Shown here: one piece after another, positions 21,875 to 24,000 of the stretch | How the letters are laid out: each line of letters opens with the position of its first letter | Position numbering within the stretch: the first letter of the stretch is position 1 | NCBI GenBank assembly: GCA_034931985.1 | Contig: JAYGHB010000031.1 | Location: 22,258-46,257 of the forward strand | Direction: 5' to 3' | DNA from: Halotia wernerae UHCC 0503 | GTDB taxonomy: Bacteria; Cyanobacteriota; Cyanobacteriia; Cyanobacteriales; Nostocaceae | Length of the DNA stretch: 24,000 nt | The notes under the pieces: model-generated | What the model was told of the DNA's origin: nothing | The model's database searches: none | What the model saw: only the letters and a program-made list of their open reading frames with translations | Made by a program: the position numbers and the translations under genes

Positions 21875-24000
21875 TCATACTGCTATCATTTCCGGTTCAG
21901 TAGGATATAAATTACCAAAAAAGTCATAGTGATCAAGTGCTTCCAAAATTCCCCAAGCATACTGTCCTTGAGAAAAGTAAACTTGTGGATAGGCACGCAA
22001 CTTTTCAATTTCTTTGCTATAGTTGCCAACAACCACAGCTAGTGTATTCCCGGCTAGCATAGATTCATCATTACCTGATGCACCTGCTACTAAAAATCTT
22101 TTGATTGGTAATCCCCATTTCAAAGCACAATAACGAATGGCATCTCCTTTAGAAGCCCGGATAGGTAACAGATCAAGATACATATTATGGCTATAAATTC
22201 CTTTGACGTGGAGCCTTCGCCGTCGCAGATGACGCATAATTTCCTTGAAGCTCATAGATTTCTCTTCATCGATAAAGTAGCTGAGTTTGAACTTACCTTG
22301 GACTTCTGGAGGTTGTAGCATCACTCCTGGTAGTTCCTCCATAGCTTCACGAACAGCATCAAGTTGCCAACGATAGCTAATATGTTTTTGCCAGTTCGTA
22401 TCCGTGACAACTTGAGGGCCATAGTAAATTTCGCTACCTGTTGATACAATCATCAAGTCTGGCATTGGAAACCGCCATTCTTCCAGCATCTCTAAGGAAC
22501 TTTCTAAGTTTCGTCCGGTAGCAATTCCTACTCCGGTTGTATGGCCTTCATTATGCAGTCGCTCAATTAGTTTTTGCAGGGCTTCTTGGTCGCCTAATAA
22601 GGTATTATCGATTTCGCAAACAAGAAAACGATCTGCGGTTGGTAAGCGGTTTTTTTCGGGTATGTTCCAATCAGGCAGACGGCTGGCTGGAGCTTGCGGT
22701 AAGGGGCTGAGCAGTGATTGAACTCTTCGTTGGGGCAACTGCTGTACCTGTTCGAGATATTGTTCTACATGACTATCCCAAGAAAAATGTTGTCGGACGC
22801 TATTTAAGCCATTGGTAGACCAACGTTGCCATTGTTCGGTATCAGTTAGCGCCGTTCGTAGAGCATCCTGAATCTGTTTAATATCCAGAGGGTCAATTAG
22901 CATCCCATTATTGCAAGCTGCCAGGATATCTCGTGGGCCACCATCAGATGTAGCGATAATTGGTACACCGCAAGCTGTAGCTTCGATTAAGGTGAGGCCA
23001 AATGGCTCGGTTAATGCCGGATTAATAAAGACCCCTCGTGTTTTTGCTAGCAATCGATATAGTTCAGGAACCTCGTCACTGCTGTGGTGTTTAGGATGGG
23101 CAACGTAACCGTAAAGGTCGTAGCGGTCTATTAACTGAAATATTTCTGTAAGTACCTGACGTGGGCCTGATTCCATCGTCGTGATATCATCTCGGTTTCC
23201 TAACACCAGGACTAGGTTTGCTAAGTGCCGCAACTGTGGATCTTCGCCGTATGCTTTGACAAGTGTATTGACATTTTTACGCATTGCCGGACGAGACAGA
23301 GCCATCACAATCGGCTTTTGAGGGTCTTTAAGAAATCGTTTCAATTCCTCATAAATTGGTGGTTCCTGCCAATTTGAAGGAACTGGGTAAAAGCGCTCAA
23401 GTACTACGCCAGGAGGAATTACAACCATTCGTTGCGGCTGATAGTGATCGTAAATGCCGTACTGTTGTGTTACTTCTTGATTGGTACTGGCGATGACTAA
23501 TGCTGCGCTGGCAAGAGTGGTTTCTTCAGCTTCAATTCGTGTACTGATATGAAAAGTGTTTTCAATAGTTTCCGGTTTGGTTCCCTGCTCTAACATTCGT
23601 TGGTGTTTTACCCGTCCGAGGGAATGACCAGTATGCACAAGCGGTACACCTAACCAACCAGCAACCCGACAACCCACATATCCAGCGTCGGCGTAATGGC
23701 TGTGAATGACATGGGGTAATTTTCCTATTTGGCGTAGGTGCTTAAGTAATTCATCTGCAAAGTTATCTAAATGTGGCCAAAGAACTTCTTTGCGGAGATA
23801 GCGACGCGGACCGCAGTTTAGGCGAATAATTTGAGCTTTGTCACAAAGAACTTCTACAGGTTGAGCGTAGTCAGAGCTGACTTTTGGATCGTTAACTAAA
23901 CGAGTTACTAAATCTACACGTTCTACTTGTGGGTTTGCGGCCAAGGCTTGAGCAAGTTCTATCACATACTTCGTTTGTCCACCCGTGTCAGCATCTCGTC
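21875..24000 (-). CDS. sps: Sucrose-phosphate synthase, two-domain form (GT4 glucosyltransferase domain plus SPP-like HAD domain); the 5' end lies right of the window
   Basis: The frame stays open to the window edge (..RDADTGGQTKYVIELAQALA..), so the track's GTG at 23965 is internal. The GT-B core is HSHYADAG...EPFGLTLIEATACGVPIIATSDGGPRDI. The C-terminal half resembles sucrose-phosphate phosphatase (..EIDNTLLGD..GIATGR..KGDAIRY..GASGNDESML). Confidence 0.85.
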   Translation of the reverse strand, partial: RDADTGGQTKYVIELAQALAANPQVERVDLVTRLVNDPKVSSDYAQPVEVLCDKAQIIRLNCGPRRYLRKEVLWPHLDNFADELLKHLRQIGKLPHVIHSHYADAGYVGCRVAGWLGVPLVHTGHSLGRVKHQRMLEQGTKPETIENTFHISTRIEAEETTLASAALVIASTNQEVTQQYGIYDHYQPQRMVVIPPGVVLERFYPVPSNWQEPPIYEELKRFLKDPQKPIVMALSRPAMRKNVNTLVKAYGEDPQLRHLANLVLVLGNRDDITTMESGPRQVLTEIFQLIDRYDLYGYVAHPKHHSSDEVPELYRLLAKTRGVFINPALTEPFGLTLIEATACGVPIIATSDGGPRDILAACNNGMLIDPLDIKQIQDALRTALTDTEQWQRWSTNGLNSVRQHFSWDSHVEQYLEQVQQLPQRRVQSLLSPLPQAPASRLPDWNIPEKNRLPTADRFLVCEIDNTLLGDQEALQKLIERLHNEGHTTGVGIATGRNLESSLEMLEEWRFPMPDLMIVSTGSEIYYGPQVVTDTNWQKHISYRWQLDAVREAMEELPGVMLQPPEVQGKFKLSYFIDEEKSMSFKEIMRHLRRRRLHVKGIYSHNMYLDLLPIRASKGDAIRYCALKWGLPIKRFLVAGASGNDESMLAGNTLAVVVGNYSKEIEKLRAYPQVYFSQGQYAWGILEALDHYDFFGNLYPTEPEMIAV

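Overview
This window looks like ordinary chromosome from a filamentous (Nostoc/Anabaena-like) cyanobacterium. The evidence is many GCGATCGC (HIP1) octamers, tandem heptamer (STRR-like) repeats in the spacers, and gene products typical of that group. It is mostly core or shell genes. From left to right: the 3' end of a haemagglutinin-like exoprotein, a GT4 glycosyltransferase, an MntA/HepT toxin-antitoxin pair, murG, a secreted NTF2-like protein and a Crp-family regulator. Next come a cheR-cheB-hybrid kinase operon, exbB-exbD, a small Cys-containing ORF, a SnoaL-like protein, and a Rieske oxygenase divergent from a TetR regulator. The right half holds murQ, a DUF3110 protein, a 1894-aa TamB/TIC236-like protein, a P-loop NTPase, a LuxR-type HTH remnant, and a two-domain sucrose-phosphate synthase that runs off the right edge. 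I found no tRNA, rRNA, CRISPR array, transposase, integrase or phage gene, and no convincing new multi-gene system such as a defence island. The most unusual observations are these. (1) The MntA/HepT cassette sits exactly in the murG/glycosyltransferase junction and is bracketed by a 90-bp duplication of that junction. (2) Its HepT toxin carries an in-frame TGA where the family usually has Trp. (3) The CheR/CheB pair has no receptor gene nearby and is tightly coupled to a REC-PAS-HK-REC kinase. (4) A pair of related palindromes lies in the TetR/Rieske divergent promoter. (5) tamB has several oddities: a G-run insert, 210-nt tandem repeats and a C8 tract at the start codon. All functional calls rest on motif recognition by eye; no database search was run.
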